From Vezdaea acicularis (lineage: Eukaryota): a stretch of 20,530 bases of DNA. The position numbers and the translations under genes were made by a program. Numbering within the stretch: the stretch's first letter is position 1; each line of letters begins with the position of its first letter. The notes under the pieces are model-generated. The model searched no databases and was not told the DNA's origin. It was given only the letters and a program-made list of their open reading frames with translations. Of the stretch, positions 19,247 to 20,530 are shown in pieces. Where the stretch lies: positions 310,001-330,530 of the forward strand of contig JAPEUI010000004.1 of NCBI GenBank assembly GCA_026025075.1. The letters run 5' to 3'.

Positions 19247-20530
19247 AAACAAAAAAAAATTCTTCGCCATGCGAGCATTAGCAGCATTAGCAACAGCGCA
19301 CTAACCCCAGATTCAATCGCGGCGTCGCATCAGGAATGCCGACACGGACGGAGGCAGGAGGAGCGACGGCGGCGACGGCGGCAGTGGTGGCAGCAGCAGC
19401 AGCGATAGCAGCAACAGCAGCAGTCGCCCGCCTGGTGCCGATCGACGTCCAAGTGAAAGGACGAGCGCGCGGGCGCCGTTGGAATTCCCTGCGCTGGTGA
19501 ATGACCCACCCCCCACATTCCCCCCAAACGAGAGCGGGCAGCCAGACGAGGTGAGAATTGGATGGTCGGGACGGGTGGGACGAGCGACGGATGCGCGCAG
19601 GCGTTCGTTCGAACTTCTCGTTCTGATGCCGCGAGCTGCAGAAGGAGCGAAAGGAAGGGCCGCGTTGGAGATTAGAAGTCGTGAAGAGGGGCGAGAGATG
19701 GCCGCACGGCTGGCTGGGGGCCCAGTCGCGGATTGACGATGGAGCGGATGAAGCGAAAGGGGGGGAAGGGCGGGGGCGTTGAAGAGATTTATAGATACCA
19801 CCACGCTCGCGGCAGGTACGGCGACGTGGGCCCGTTGGATGGGCGCGAGCCGGGGGGTGGGAGCCAGGAGAGAGGCAGGAAAAGACGAAAAGAGGAAAAA
19901 GAGAAAAGAGCAAAAGACGACGGAAAAGAAGCAAAAGTCGGATTTGGCAGCGGGTGGGATCTCGTTAGTGATCGCGCAAGCTAGATCGATCTCCGTTCAT
20001 TCAACCTCCAGCGCGACGTAAAGCTGCGCACTGCGCACGCCCCGTCGCTCTGACAGCAGCGCCGTCACGCCGTCTCGCATCGCTGCAGCGAATCGACGCA
20101 GGTCCGTCCGTTGGAGGGCAGCACCAGATGGACGCACCGCAGCCACGATTCCACTTCCATGGCCGCGCTGCCCGTTGCGTTGCCGTGACCCAAGCGAGTA
20201 GCCCTCACGGCCGTCGCGTACGTGTACTGGATGAGAAGGGCGAGGGCGTACAGGACCGTAGCGGCCGCATCCAACCAGACAGCCTCCTCCTCCCCCCGCT
20301 GATCTCCCTCCTGGTCTGATTCGACTCGATCCGATCAGATGCCCGTCCGCCGCCGTCGTGGCCTCTCACCCGCCGCCGCACGCAATCCACACCTTGCGGG
20401 GAGAGGGGGAGGGGGGGGGCCGAGAGGGCGGACGGTGAGTGGCGGGCGGGGCAGCGACGAGAGCACCAGCGACCGATGCGGCCTGCACGGCGGGAGAGGG
20501 GAAACCGCGCCAGGGCGTGCGGGGGCCGGT

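Noticed and set aside
18998..20530. ORFs upstream of TSC2, including poly-Ala from GCA/GCG runs and a CTAAC..CAG acceptor-like site near 19301-19310
   Set aside because: No domain similarity and no supported donor or exon structure. GC-rich regulatory or UTR DNA is the simpler reading, although uORFs cannot be excluded.

Overview
Fungal nuclear DNA, most likely a filamentous ascomycete (short GT-AG introns with CTRAY branch points; fungal-type orthologues). Left arm, + strand: 3' end of an L-type/APC amino-acid transporter, an Mso1-like Sec1-binding protein, and the 4-exon Rab-GAP Gyp7. Right arm, - strand: the 5-exon 9-1-1 clamp subunit Hus1/Mec3 and tuberin (TSC2), whose probable real C-terminus is on a small terminal exon the ORF track misses. 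Between the convergent gyp7 and hus1 genes lies about 6.3 kb with no credible protein gene, in three blocks. (i) A hairpin-dense stretch at about 5.46-5.83 kb. (ii) An AT-richer block with about 10 copies of the palindrome RTCGCCGCGGCGAY. (iii) A GC-rich block of about 3.1 kb (8.15-11.29 kb) made largely of back-to-back stem-loops and nested tandem repeats. In its long stems the mismatches are G-T (G.U-compatible) on the + strand, and one duplicated hairpin shows compensatory changes, which suggests a structured single-stranded element of unknown class (long ncRNA, non-autonomous mobile element, or displaced rDNA-spacer/organellar DNA). All structures were read by eye; no folding computation or database search was run.
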